64,000 bases of DNA, taken from NCBI RefSeq assembly GCF_963921235.1, contig NC_086097.1, positions 131,628,001-131,692,000 of the forward strand, read 5' to 3'. The stretch's first letter is position 1. Every line of letters starts with the position of its first letter. Positions 13,031-25,090 of the stretch are shown one piece after another. The notes below the pieces were generated by a model. It was not told where the DNA came from. It did not search any database and saw only the letters and a list, made by a program, of their open reading frames with translations. The position numbers and the translations under genes are program-made. Source of the DNA: Mobula hypostoma. Taxonomy: Eukaryota.

Positions 13031-13317
13031 AGGTGGGTGTATGGAATGGGAGTCACACGTGAGAGATGTACTCTATAACTCCATAACTCCATCTGAGCAA
13101 GGGAGCAAGAAAAAGAGAGAATCCACCATCCAGCTATGCCAACACTCACTGAACACATCCAATTAACGCTTTGGGATATTGGGGGAAATAAGAGCACCCA
13201 GAGGAAACCCATGTGGTCACAAGGAGAACATGCAAGCTCCATGCAGTGAGCATCAGAGATCATATTGAACTCCAATCACATGAGCCAGGAGACGGCAGCT
13301 TTACTAGGACAGCCAAT

Positions 13318-14330
13318 GTAAACAACAGGAATTCTGCAGATGCTGGAAATTCAAGCAACACACATCAAAGTTGCTGGTGAACACAGCAGGCCAGGCAGCA
13401 TCTCTAGGAAGAGGTACAGTCGACGTTTCAGGCCGAGACCCTTCATCAGGACTAACTGAAGGAAGAGTTAGTAAGAGATTTGAAAGTGGGAGGGGGAGGG
13501 GGAGATCCAAAATGATAGGAGAAGACAGGAGGGGGAGGGATGGAGCGAAGAGCTGGACAGGTGATTGGCAAAGGGGATATGAGAGGATCATGGGACAGGA
13601 GGTCTGGGGAGAGAGACGGGGGGGGGGGAACCCAGAGGATGGGCAAGCGGTATAGTCAGAAGGACAGAGGGAGAAAAAGGAGAGAGAGAGAAAGAATGTG
13701 TGTATATAAATAAATAATGGATGGGGTACCAGGGGGAGGTGGGGCATTAGCAGAAGTTAGAGAAGGATCTCCCAGTGGCCACACATTTTAATTCCACATC
13801 CTATTCCCATTCTGACATGTCTATCCACGGCCTGCTCTACTGTAAAGATGAAGCAACAGTCAGGTTGGAGGAACAACACCTTATATTCAGCCTGGGTAGC
13901 CTGATGGCATGAACATTGACTTCTCTAACTTCCGGTAATGCCCCACCTCCCCCTCGTACCCCATCCGTTATTTATTTATATACACAGATTCTTTCTCTCT
14001 CCTTTTTCTCCCTCTGTCCCTCTGACTATACCCCTTGCCCATCCTCTGGGTTTCCGCCCCCCCGCTTGTCTTTCTCCCCGGACCTCCTGTCCCATGATCC
14101 TCTCATATCCCTTTTGCCAATCACCTGTCCAGCTCTTGGCTCCATCCATCCCCCTCCTGTCTTCTCCTATCATTTTGGATCTCCCCCCTCTGCCTCCCAC
14201 TTTCAAATCTCTTACTAACTCTTCCTTCAGTTAGTCCTGACGAAAAGTCTCGGCCTGAAACGTCGACTGTACCTCTTCCTAGAGATGCTGACTGGTCTGC
14301 TGCGTTCACCAGCAACTTTGATGTGTGTTG
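13318..14330. mobile_element. Penelope-like (Neptune-type) fold-back insertion: terminus in both orientations
   Basis: Inverted arms of about 410 bp (about 13353-13765 vs 13920-14330). The spacer encodes the GIY-YIG C-terminus (DLPVATHFNSTSYSHSDMSIHGLLYC). TSD cagccaat (13310-13317 / 14331-14338). Confidence 0.9.
13417..13454 (-). ncRNA. Minimal type I hammerhead ribozyme motif (Penelope-associated)
   Basis: Minus strand reads UAGUC-CUGAUGA-A-GGGU-CUCG-GCCU-GAAAC-GUC-GACUG: conserved core, stem II with tetraloop, stem I UAGUC/GACUG, and palindromic ACGU in place of stem III. Confidence 0.75.
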
Positions 14331-15198
14331 CAGCCAATAAGTAATATGTTTTGTGAACACTCTGAGACTGCAACAGGTGCTAGATAAAGGCAAGTCAATC
14401 TTTCTTTTCCTCACCTCATCAATGTTGAAACATCTCACGAAATAACATTGCGTTGTGATGTTAAGCAAGTGTGTTTTTTGATGTGTTATACAGTACCTCT
14501 GTTGTAAGTTAATGAAGAATAAGCTGGAGGAGAGGAGTAATAACTTAAATGATGTTTCTTGGGAAGTTATAGGCAGGGGATCCCACTTGAATTTACATCT
14601 GTTGATCTTTGGAGTGACACTCACAGGTATGAATATTATATTGCAAATGTGCATTCACGTATCCATTTCCTCAGACCTTTTTTGGGCTGAAGTTACTTGC
14701 AGTATACACCCCTGTGTATAACTGCAGATAAGCTTGTGTGATCTCCCAGCTTTCCACTCTCTCCTGTGGCTCTGATTCCATACAACCACCTCCATCATCA
14801 GTCATTCATCAGAATTGTCTCACTGCCTTGACACAACTTAATTTCTAATGGATGTCAGCTGATATCATTTATTGCCTGTCTCTAATTGCCCTCTGCTACA
14901 CCACTTCAGAGGCAAAGCCTGGAGTCACAGAAAGGCCTCCCTGAAGGATATTGAATGAGCCAGATGGGTTTTTACAAATCAGTGAAGTTACTGATATTAG
15001 CTTTTTAGTTCCTTGTTTTGTCAATTATTTGAGTTTAAATTCTCCCAAAAATTGCAGTAGAATTCATAGTACTACTTAATTAACTCTTTATGGTAGCATG
15101 CCTTAAGTCCTTTAATCATCAAAATCTTTCTATGTTTCAAAAGCGCAGGCAACACAGGAATAAACTTGAACCATTTGTTTCACTGTGGATTTAACATG

Positions 15199-15431
15199 TG
15201 TTGTGTATTTAATATTACAATAATATTTGAGTAATCTTGTATTAAGCATTCCTTTTCTTTTAAATAATTCATTTCGGTTTATATGTATGAATGCTTGAAT
15301 TGCATATATCATCATACTATTATGTGATATGTGCGTTCCTTGCTTAAGTAAACTTGAAGTTAGACCTGCGTTTCGGATTCCCGAGCCTTCCTTTGAATTA
15401 GTTTAATGCTTTGAAGATACAAAACATAAGA
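15199..15431. mobile_element. Possible solo LTR
   Basis: Starts tgttgtgt and ends acataaga (imperfect TG...CA inverted ends), AT-rich interior. No clear TSD. Confidence 0.35.
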
Positions 15432-15658
15432 ACACCTTTAATGAAACTGGAGGTTTCGTTAATTGTGGCGATTCTTTTGTAGACCTGACACATTCTTAAT
15501 GACGGAATAGTGTACGTTCAGAAAAGTGACAAACCAGAATGATAAACCTGAAGTGCAGTAATGAAAGGAAATGAGAGGAGAAATTGGAAATGAGGAAAAA
15601 GAGGCAACAGCAAAGAAAGGAATGAAAGACCAAGCCAGTGGTGAGAGAGGGGTGAGTG

Positions 15659-15965
15659 TATGTGTGTGTGTGTGTGTGTGTGGCAAGAGAGGGGGAGAGA
15701 AAGAGAAAACGAGAAAGAACAAGTGAGTCTGAATTACAGAGAGAGAGGAAGAGAGGAAGAAAAAGACAGATAGACAGAGAGTGAGAAAGAAAGAGAAAAG
15801 AGAATGAGGAAGACAGAGTGAGAAAGGGAGGGAGGGGAGAGAGAAAAAAAGTAAAGACAGTAGAGAAAGAGAAATAAGAACAAGGGAGACAGAGACAGAG
15901 AGAGAGTGAAAGGGGAGAGAAAAAAATCAAGAGATAGAAAGACAGAGCAAATGAATAAGAGAAGA
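15659..15965. repeat. (TG)n microsatellite followed by a GA-rich low-complexity tract
   Basis: Directly visible. Confidence 0.9.
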
Positions 15966-17109
15966 TGTGCCTCTCTGGATTCATTCTATGTATGTGACAT
16001 CAGCATCACCCACTTTACATACTTTTAATCAGTTTGGCTATGGGCTGAAGGGGTGTTAAAGGAAGCTCGCCTATAAACCTTTGATGGCTTGGACATCTGG
16101 TTGGGAAACCCATAAAAGAGGCCCTGAATAAGGTTACAAAGGTCAGGAGCTGTTTGTCCCTGTGGCCATGGATAGTCCAATCCTGAAAACCAACAAACCA
16201 GGCTATGCTAACCAAACCAACACAAAATAGTGTCTCCTTCACTTGAGAGATGCCAAATGATATGATTGCAAGCTTTTTATTTTCCTATTTTCCAGGAAAG
16301 CCTGTAAAGTGTTCAGCATACACACAGAGAATGTCGCTGCCCATATCCTGGTCTAATAGCTTCCATCCTTTCTCATTACTTAGCTCATTAATAAGTGACC
16401 GGAGGCATTAAACTTGTTGTATAATGGATACTCGCTGTTTTAAGGCCATAAAAGTAAACAGACCCGTTTAACCAAAAAAAGTACAAAAAGCCTCTACAAG
16501 TACAAAGGTCTGTTTCTGTGTGTGGAGGGAGAGGGAGTGGTGATATAAAGGAAAGGAGTTTGGGCTCTTCAATTCTGTTTGCATTGCCTGCTAGGAGATT
16601 AGTGCCCAGCATCAGGTTTATGAATTGTAAGCTTCATTAGTCTTAAAATGGTAACAAAGGAAGATGCTTTCTAAAAAGTGTCATCCTTCATCGGGGAGGG
16701 CAATGTCTGACACATTAGGAATCTATATGCTCAATTAACTACTGGCAGGCTCATTTTTTCTGTCTGTCTGTCTCTCTCTCCCTCTTCCTCTGAAGCTTTC
16801 AGCATCCAGCCATTGATGTCCCTGACTGCACGTAAACACTCAATTACAAACAGACTGGTGGGTATTTGATTTTCAGTAAAAGGTTTGACTGCTGCTAGCT
16901 TTACACTCCATCACCTTGTTGAATATAATAATGAAACAGTGAAAAAGTCCCCGAGAAGAAGCGCTGGCTCTTGTACAGATAGATGCCGAGACTTGTAAAC
17001 ACAACGTTCATATGTACAAGAGTGCATGCACATCTGCACAGGTATTGCAGGTATTGCACACTCACACACACTTGCTTGTGCACGGACATACACACACCAG
17101 GTGGATATA

Positions 17110-17112
<3 letters not shown>

Positions 17113-17145
<33 letters not shown>
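17113..17145. repeat. (AC)n microsatellite
   Basis: Directly visible. Confidence 0.95.
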
Positions 17146-17147
<2 letters not shown>

Positions 17148-18559
17148 TGTTTTCCCTATTTTTGTCCCTGAACTAAGAGCAAGGACTAAACTGACGGAGT
17201 AGGAACAACCTCCTCGATAAAAGAAGCCTTGATATTGGGGGAGAATTTCTGCTGGCCCTTGCGAGGGCTGTGATTCATCAACACGTCAAGATGTGGGTCA
17301 TCCTGGCAGATTGAGGCTGCCTTGTGGCTACACAAGACTGCAGGAGGCTATGTGCTGCAGGTGTAAGCAAAGGAAATGGTTTGTTGCAAAGTGTTTTTTT
17401 TCCTGTGCGTGTTAATTGTCAGGAAGCAGCCTGCTCGAGGTAAAAAAAAGCGCTATTGCGAGGGACTGTTTGCAGTGGCTACTGACAAAATGAAACATTG
17501 CTGACCCCAATGTTTAATCAAAATTACTGTAGTAGTCAGTTATAAAGCTAATTATAGCAATTATGAAGACAAGAGCTATATGACTGCTACTTGTGCGTAC
17601 TGTAGACCCTAAAAATGTGAGGGACAATTAACACTGGGTTAGCTCCTTGCCAAGTGGGATTGATCAGTGACTTTCTCATTTTATCCTCATTAAATGTCCT
17701 AACGTCAACCGAGAGTCTGGTCTTTAATCATCACCCATCATCGAATGCTTCCAGGAAGGGAAGCAACGATTTGTTACTGGAAGGTCAGAGGTCAAATATT
17801 AGTTTAGGTTTGCCTATAAGTCCAGTGTGAAAAGATGCAAGGGGTCAGGTACAGGTCAGATTAACAGGGAAGCTTGTTTTGATGTGGAATAATTGCAAGT
17901 TTTTAACTTTAAAAGGCAGTGGGGAGGGAGGGGGAGATTTCTCACCCGCGTTTAATTATGTCCTTGTTGCTGCATTTCTCCCTCCTCAGAGTCTGTGTCA
18001 ATGACTAGCCTGTTCTTCTGGGAGAGTGGCAGGGCTCAAGACGCCCAGTGCCAGTGTAAATAAGCTCCATTCATTTCGCAGCCACTGGCATATGGCATGT
18101 CATTGTCCCGTGTCACTGAGGCAGAAGCAATGCAATTTGTTGACAATGTCCTGTTACCGTGTAAAACGATCTACCTCACGGAGGTACAGCAAACAGCAGC
18201 AGAGGCTCCAATGTGACCACAAGGATGTGGGAACTAGAGAGATTACAGTGCCCTTCCCTCGGCAAAATGAAGGGACAAAGTTGAGACAAACATAAGGATA
18301 AAAGCGACTTGTGGACAAGCATTGAGAAAATATAAACACAATTATGCAGCTTGGCCATTGTTTGTTTTGCAGTCAAACATGCTCTGCAGCATGATAACAT
18401 TCTAGTGAATGGAATGCTGACATTGATAGGACGAGCCAGTCAAAGAGAGAAATAGCACAGAAGCAGGCCGTTCAGCCCATCAAGTCTGTGCAGACAATCT
18501 AGCTCCCAATTTATGCTACTCTTACTGGAGTGGCAATTAACCTATCAACCAGCAACTCT

Positions 18560-19120
18560 GTACTCTCAAAACTTCTCTTTTGAAGCCCTCTTACTTACAA
18601 AGTACACCTTTGTCAGAAAACAACCTGTCCCAATCCACACTTCCCAGATCCTTTCTGGTACCATCAAAGTTGGACTTTCTCCAATTTAGAATCTTAACCC
18701 AAGGACCAGACTTATCCTTCTCCATAATTATCTTGAAACTAATGGCTTCATGATCACTAGATTCAAAGTGTTCCCCTACGCAAAGTTCTGTCACCTGCTC
18801 TGTCTCATTCCCTAATAGGAGATCTAGTATCACACTCTCTCTAGCTGGGAGTTCTATGTACTGATTAAGGAACTCTTCAGAAAACATTTGAAAAACTCTT
18901 TCCCATCCAACCCTATTACAGTATGGGAGTCCCAGTTAATATGTGAAAAGTTAAAATCACCTATCACAACCTATTTTTCTTGCAAAAGTCTGCGGTATCT
19001 CCACAAATTTGCTCCTCAAAATCTTGTTGATTGTTGTCTGGTCTATAAAACAACCCCATTAATGTGGTGATACCTTTCTTATTCCTTTCTTAAATGAGCT
19101 CTCCAGTCTATCCTAACTGG
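18560..19120 (-). mobile_element. CR1 ORF2 fragment (endonuclease C-terminal part)
   Basis: ORF 18591-18887: FLNQYIELPARESVILDLLLGNE...GEHFESSDHEAISF. Confidence 0.85.
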
Positions 19121-19600
19121 GAATAAAAGAAGAGAGAGTTGACTTTACTGCAACTAGTAAAATCATGTGATTTCTCTGATTTCTCTCAATTCCTAAGCCC
19201 TCAATCAAGCACATCCTTTTAACCAGTTCCAAATTTGAATACAGCCAATGACTGAACTTCCACAGTTTTTGGCATAGAGGATTGCAAATCTTCACAACTT
19301 TCTGAGAAAAGAGTTTTCATCTCCTTTCTGTCCACCATGGCTTCCTGCTTATTCTAAGCTTAGGGTCTCTCGTTCTAGACTCTCCAACTAAAAGGAGCAA
19401 ATCTCTTATCTTACATTCCATCAATCTATCTTTAGTATGCATCAGATAACTGCTTCTCTTCTAAGCTCCATGTAGGACCACCTCATTATAATACAACCCT
19501 AGGAAACATTTAAGATCACCCTATCCTGCAAAATTGAAATTCAAATGTGAATTTCTTCAAAAAAATGCTATCTGAAGACAAATCATTAGCTTGCAAACCT

Positions 19601-19845
19601 AGCAACACACATCAAAGTTGCTGGTGAACGCAGCAGGCCAGGCAGCATCTCTAGGAAAAGGTACAGTTGATGTTTCGGGCCGAGACCCTTCGTCAGGACT
19701 ATCCTTCGTTAGTTCTGACGAAGGGTCTTGGCCCGAAACGTTGACTGTACCTCTTCCTAGAGATGCTGCCTGGCCTGCTGCGTTCACCAGCAACTTTGAT
19801 GTGGGTTGGTTGAATTTCCAGCATCCGCAGAATTCCTTGTGTTTA
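19601..19845. mobile_element. Palindromic Penelope-terminus insertion carrying two back-to-back hammerheads
   Basis: Inverted arms of about 100 bp (19601-19701 / 19710-19810) around an 8-nt spacer. 13-bp TSD agcttg(c/a)aaacct (19588-19600 / 19846-19858). Confidence 0.9.
19710..19747 (+). ncRNA. Minimal type I hammerhead ribozyme motif
   Basis: UAGUU-CUGACGA-A-GGGU-CUUG-GCCC-GAAAC-GUU-GACUG: intact core, NUH triplet GUU, palindrome AACGUU. Confidence 0.75.
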
Positions 19846-20499
19846 AGCTTGAAAACCTGACTGTTTCTTTCTCCACAGATTACTATGTGACTTGCTGAAT
19901 ATTTCTTGCATTCTCTGTCTTTTATTACATCTGTTTTCTTTTGTATTATTTATTTATTCTGTAATTTATAAAAATGTTATGTCTTTGCAGAGTACTGCTG
20001 TTTTAGTTCAACAAAATTCATATCATAGAGATCAGTAATGAAACATACAAGTCCAGTTTATTTGACAGAACATAATGTCACACAATCCATGCATTCATCA
20101 TAACTGCATGGAGCACTTAATTGAAAGGAAAACAATCCTGTGTTTATATAGTACCTTTCTCAATCTCATTATACCCCAAGTAATGTTACAGCTAATGAAT
20201 TAGTTTATAATTGAACACAATTTCCATTTCAATGTTCCATACAGAACTTTGCCTCAGAAATATTCCTGTCCATCTTGGTTTTATTATTACAGATTTTGAA
20301 ACATGATATCTCCAGTCTGATGGCAAGCTTCAGTGTAGGTTCAATCCTAGGAACTCAAACAGTGGGAAATCTCATCTATATCTCCCTCCATATGATTCAA
20401 AAGCTAGTGTTACCGCTATTCAGAACCTCTTCTGTCTGCATCAGATGAAATGGTGCTTGTTTCTTTACCTCATTCTAAGAATAGCTTGAGTCAGAGACT

Positions 20500-21290
20500 C
20501 AGAGACAGAGGTACAGCATGGAAAGAGGCCATGTGGCCCAAAGAGTCTGTGCTGACCATCAACCACCCTGTAGAGCAACTTTAAATTAATCCCATTTTTA
20601 AATTTCCCACATTCTATTCCTTCCCCCATCCTACACCCCCCACCCCCACCAATTATATCAATTCTACAACTCATTTACGCACTAGAGACAATTTACATTG
20701 TCTAATTAACCTAATGGATGGCAAGATGGAAATACATCTCCGGCAAAGGAGGTGTAAGGCGTTCCTTCCCTCCGCTGGCATGCAGGTCAACCTTGGGCAA
20801 GGTGCATTACCTGCTTAGCACCCCCCCCCCCCATCCACGGGTCATATGAAGCCATGGGAGCAGGTGGTGGATGGTCATATGGACAACTGGTGCATATCAC
20901 AAGCCCTGGTTATGCCACCACTGGTGTCAGGCGCACAATCTCTGAAGAGTATTGGTAACGGCTGGGGTCACCCATCTTGTAAAGACAACACCCAGCAGAA
21001 GACAATAGCAAACCACTTGTGTAAAGAAAAATTGCCAAGAACAATCATGGTCATAGACCACGATTGCCTATGGCATAAATGACAGGGCACATAATGCTGC
21101 TGCTGATGAATTAACCTACCAACCTGCACGTCTTTCTGATGTTGGAGGAAATTGAAGCATCTGGAGAAAACCCACAGGGAGAACGAACAAACCTCACACC
21201 AGCAGCTGCAGTGGTGTTGTTTGAACGAACCCAAAACTCTAGCACTATGAATCAACAGCTCTAGTAGCTTCGCCACTGTGCCACTCTTAA
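20500..21290 (-). mobile_element. HE1/V-SINE-like element interrupted by the 20714-21108 insertion
   Basis: acaatttacattgtctaattaaccta | ccaacctgcacgtctttctgatgttggaggaaattgaagcatctggagaaaacccacagggagaac: a SINE body split at the TSD. Confidence 0.65.
20714..21108 (+). mobile_element. Short non-coding RTE-dependent retroposon with an HDV-like 5' end
   Basis: 10-bp TSD aattaaccta (20704-20713 / 21109-21118), BovB/RTE-like gcaaaccact...tgccaagaacaatcatgg motif and a trinucleotide tail (tgc/tga)n. Confidence 0.75.
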
Positions 21291-21914
21291 ATTTCACCCC
21301 TGACGCTATTAATATGATAAAAGTCACCAACAGAAAATGCTGACTCTGTTTCTCCCTCCATGGATACTGCCTGACCTGCTGAGAGTTCCTGGCACTTTCC
21401 TATATATTCATTCAGTACCTCCTTGTTTATTTTCTCACCATCCATCGTTACATAACTTCTCCAATTGACCACATCTGCAGATTTTTGGCCCCTAAGCTTC
21501 AGAGTTCTCTCCCAAAATCTCTTCACCTCTTCAAATCACTCTAATCTTTTAGAACCTTATTTAAATTCTACTTCTTTCTATCCTTTGTGTCAAACATTAG
21601 TTAATAATAAGAAGCACATTGAATTTCATAAAATTATCACCGTCCCATAATGCAAACCTTGTTGTTGTAGTTTTTGGCACTCTTAGTTGCAAAACTTCAT
21701 CAACCAGCAAAAGATAGACTGCTGCAAGAACTCAATGGTTCAAGCAGCATCTGTGGAGGCGAAAGAATGGTCAACGTTTCAGTCAAGGCCCCGCATCAGG
21801 ACTGAGAATGTAGAGGGAAGTACATATAGGATGTTGAGACAGTGGTTATTACCTTGATGAGAATATCACTGAACTCTGCACTCAATCAGAATAAAAGGCA
21901 AGGACAACACATTT

Positions 21915-24900
21915 CGAGAATCTTGGCTTTCAAGAGATATTGAGGCCCTGGTTAATAAAATGAAGGAGGTGCATAGAATGTATAGGCAGACAAAAGAACA
22001 CTTTAGAAGGATATCAGGAGGGCTAAAAGAAGACATTAGGTTGCTCTAGCAGGTAAAGTGAAGGAGAATACTTTATACTTTATTGTCGCCAAACAATTGA
22101 TACTAGAGTGTACAATTATCACAGCGATATTTGACTCTGCTCTTTGCGCTCCCTGGAGTACAAATCGATAGGAAATATTAAAAATTTAAATTATAAATCA
22201 TAAATAGAAAATAGAAAAGGGAAGGTAAGGTAGTACAAAAAAACCGAGAGGCAGGTCCGGATATTTGGAGGGTACGGCCCAGATCCGGGTCAGGATCCGT
22301 TCAGCAGTCTTATCACAGTTGGAAAGAAGCTGTTCCCTAATCTGTCCATACGAATCCTAAGGACTTTGTCAGATATAGTAAGAGCAAAAGGATAGCAAGG
22401 GACAAAATTGGTCTGCTGGAAGATCAGAGTGGTAATCTGTACGTGGAGCCAAGAGAGATGCGGGAGAAGTGGGGTTTGCATCTGTATTTACTTGGAAGAT
22501 GGCCACAGAGCCTAAAGATGGGAGGCAATGCAGCAGCGAGTTCATAGACCCTATGCGGATTACAGGGGAGGAGGTGCTGCCTGTCTTGAAGTAGATTAGG
22601 GTGGATAAATCCCCAGGGTCTGACAATGTGTTCCCTCGGACTCTGTTGGAGGCTAATGCAGAAATTGCAGGGGCCCTATCAGAAATATTTAAACATCTTT
22701 GGCTACAGGTGAGATGCCAGAGCATTGGAGAACAGCTAATATTGTTCTGTTGCTTAAGAAATGATCTAAGAGTAAACCAGGAAATTATAGGCCAGTGAGC
22801 TTGACATCAGTAGTGGGAAAGTTTTTGAATAGTATTCTAAGAGACTGGATATGTAAGTATTTGGATAAACAGAGACTAATTACAGATTGTCAACATGGCT
22901 TTGTGCATGGTAAGTCATGTGTAACCAATCTTACAGAGATTTTGAGGCAGTTACCAGAAAAGTTGATGAAGGTAAGGCACTGGATGTTGTCTACATGAAC
23001 TTTAGAGGAGGTTGGTCGAGAAGATTCTGTCACTTAGCATTCAAGATGAGGTTTTAAATTGGATTAGACATTGGCTTTAAGGAAGAAGCCAGAGAGAGTG
23101 GTTGTAGAGGATTGCCTCTCTGATTGGAGGATGATGACTAGTGGTCTGCCGTATGGATCAGTGCTGGGTTGATTGTTGCTTCTCATCTATATCAACGATC
23201 TGGATGATAATGTGGTTAACTGTATCAGCAAGTTTGTGGATGACACCAAGACTGAGGGTGTAGTGGACTGTGAGGAAGACTATCAAAGCTTGCAGTGAGA
23301 TCTGGACCGGCTGATGAAATGGGTTGAGAAATGGCAGATGGAAATTATTGTAGACAAGTGAGAGGTGTTGTACTTTGGAAGGACCATCCAGGGTAGGTCT
23401 TACACAGTGAGCGTTAGGGCATTCAGGAATGTGGTAGAGGGATCTGGAAATACAGGCACATAATTCCTTGAAAGTGGCGTCCCAGCTAGTTAGGGTTGTA
23501 AAGAGAGCTTTTGGCACATTATCCTTCATTAATCAATGTATTAAGTACAGTAGTTGTGGTGTTATATTGAAATTGTATAAGATGTTGGTGAGGCCCAGTT
23601 TGGAGTATAGCATCCAATTTTGGTCACTTACCTACAGGAAAGATGTAAGTAAGATTGAAAGAATGCAGAGAAAATTTGCAAGGGTGTAACCAGGACTTGA
23701 AGACCTAAGTTATATGGAAAGATTGAATAGGTTAAGACTTTATTTCCTCCGACAGAGAAGTCTGAAGGGAAATTTTATAGAGGTAGGCAAGATTATGAGG
23801 GGTATAGATAGGGTGAATGTGGTGGCATCCGTTAGTCTCGTGAGACCATGGATCTGTGCTTGGAAAGTCTCGCTTCAGTCTGTATTAGAGCAGCATCTGT
23901 TGTGGCTGTAGAGGCCCACACGGGAGTGACAGTCTCGGCTGGAACGACTGCACTTGAAGGCACTGTCCTCCAGTGTTGTCTTGGTGCTGTTTTTCCAACA
24001 AGTGCGCTTTTCTTCAGCAGCAAGCCTCAGCTTCTCTTCTCCTCTTTTTAGACCTCTGTGTAGTTCTAGCCTCCAGTGAGAGCAATCGCTTGCAATGTCC
24101 TCCCACCTCTCGATGTTCATTTTCAGTGACTTCATGTCTCTCTTGCAAACGTCTTTGAAACGAAGATGGGGCCGCCCTTGTGCTCTCTTGGCGGAGGCCA
24201 GTTCCCCGTACAGCAGGTCTTTCGGGATCCTCCCATCTGACATGCGCTGTACGGGGCCCAGCCAGCGGAGACGTCGTTGTTGGAGCAGGGTGAAGAGGTT
24301 GGGTATCTGGGCGCAGGCCGGGACCTCGTTGTTGGTGACTCGGTCAGTCCACGTGATGTCCAGGATGCGTCTTAGGCTGCGAAGGTGGAAGGCTTTGAGA
24401 CGCCTTTCTTGTCTGTAGTAGAGGCTCCAGGTTTCGCTGCCATAAAGCAGTGTGCTGAGGACGCAGGCCCTGTAGACTGCAACTTTGGTGTGCGTTGTCA
24501 GCTTTCTGTTCTCCCAGACTCTCTTTGTCAGCCTGGCGAATGTTGAGGCTGCTTGTCTAATCCGTCTGTTGATCTCGGGGTCTAGGGACAGGCTGTCCGT
24601 GATGGCGGAGCCTAGGTATGTAAACTCGTGAACTACCTCCAGCTCATAGTTGTTGATGATAATGGCAGGGGGTTGCTCAACGCTTTGGCCCAACACGTTG
24701 GTTTTCTTCAGGCTGATGGTCAAGCTGAAGTCCTGGCAGGCCCTTGAGAAGCTGTCCATGAGGCGTTTGTAAGCAGGCTTTTTCCACTGAGGTTGGGTGA
24801 AATTAGAACTAAAGGACATGGGTTAAGGGGGAAAGGAGAACTGTTTAAGAGGAACACGAGGGGGAACTTCTTCACTCAGAGGACGGTGAGAGTATGGAAT

Positions 24901-25090
24901 GAGCTGCCAGCGCAAGTAATGGATGTAGTGTTGATTTCAACATTTAACAGAAATTTGCATAGGTACATGGATGGAAGGGTAATAGAGGGCTATGGTCCAG
25001 GTGCCGTTCGATAGGGTGAGGAAGATTAATGGTTTGGCAGTGTCTAGATGGGCCGAAGGGCCTGATTCTGTAGTGTTCTATGATTCTATC
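21915..25090 (+). mobile_element. Degenerate CR1 LINE (RT plus 3' end), interrupted by a Rex1 fragment (about 22068-22350) and an RTE (23821-24767)
   Basis: DKSPGSDNVFPRTL; SLTSVVGKFL..QHGFVHGKSCVTNL; LVRPSLEYSIQFWS; RTKGHGL..NFFTQRTVRVWNELP; attctat tail. Confidence 0.9.
23821..24767 (-). mobile_element. RTE-clade LINE 3' part
   Basis: ORF 23875-24819: FTYLGSAITDSLSLDPEINRRI..TLLYGSETWS..RRLRWLG..DLLYGEL..CHSRVGLYSHNRCC. Confidence 0.92.

Noticed and set aside
13304..14654. Overlapping Pro/Ser-rich and Gly/Arg-rich ORFs (also 19599-19860, 46606-47154)
   Set aside because: They are translations of the low-complexity Penelope terminus and recur on both strands because of the inverted repeats.
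15459..17171. ORFs with HTHT/CVCV runs or Phe/Ser/Leu-rich content
   Set aside because: Microsatellite and GA-tract artefacts.
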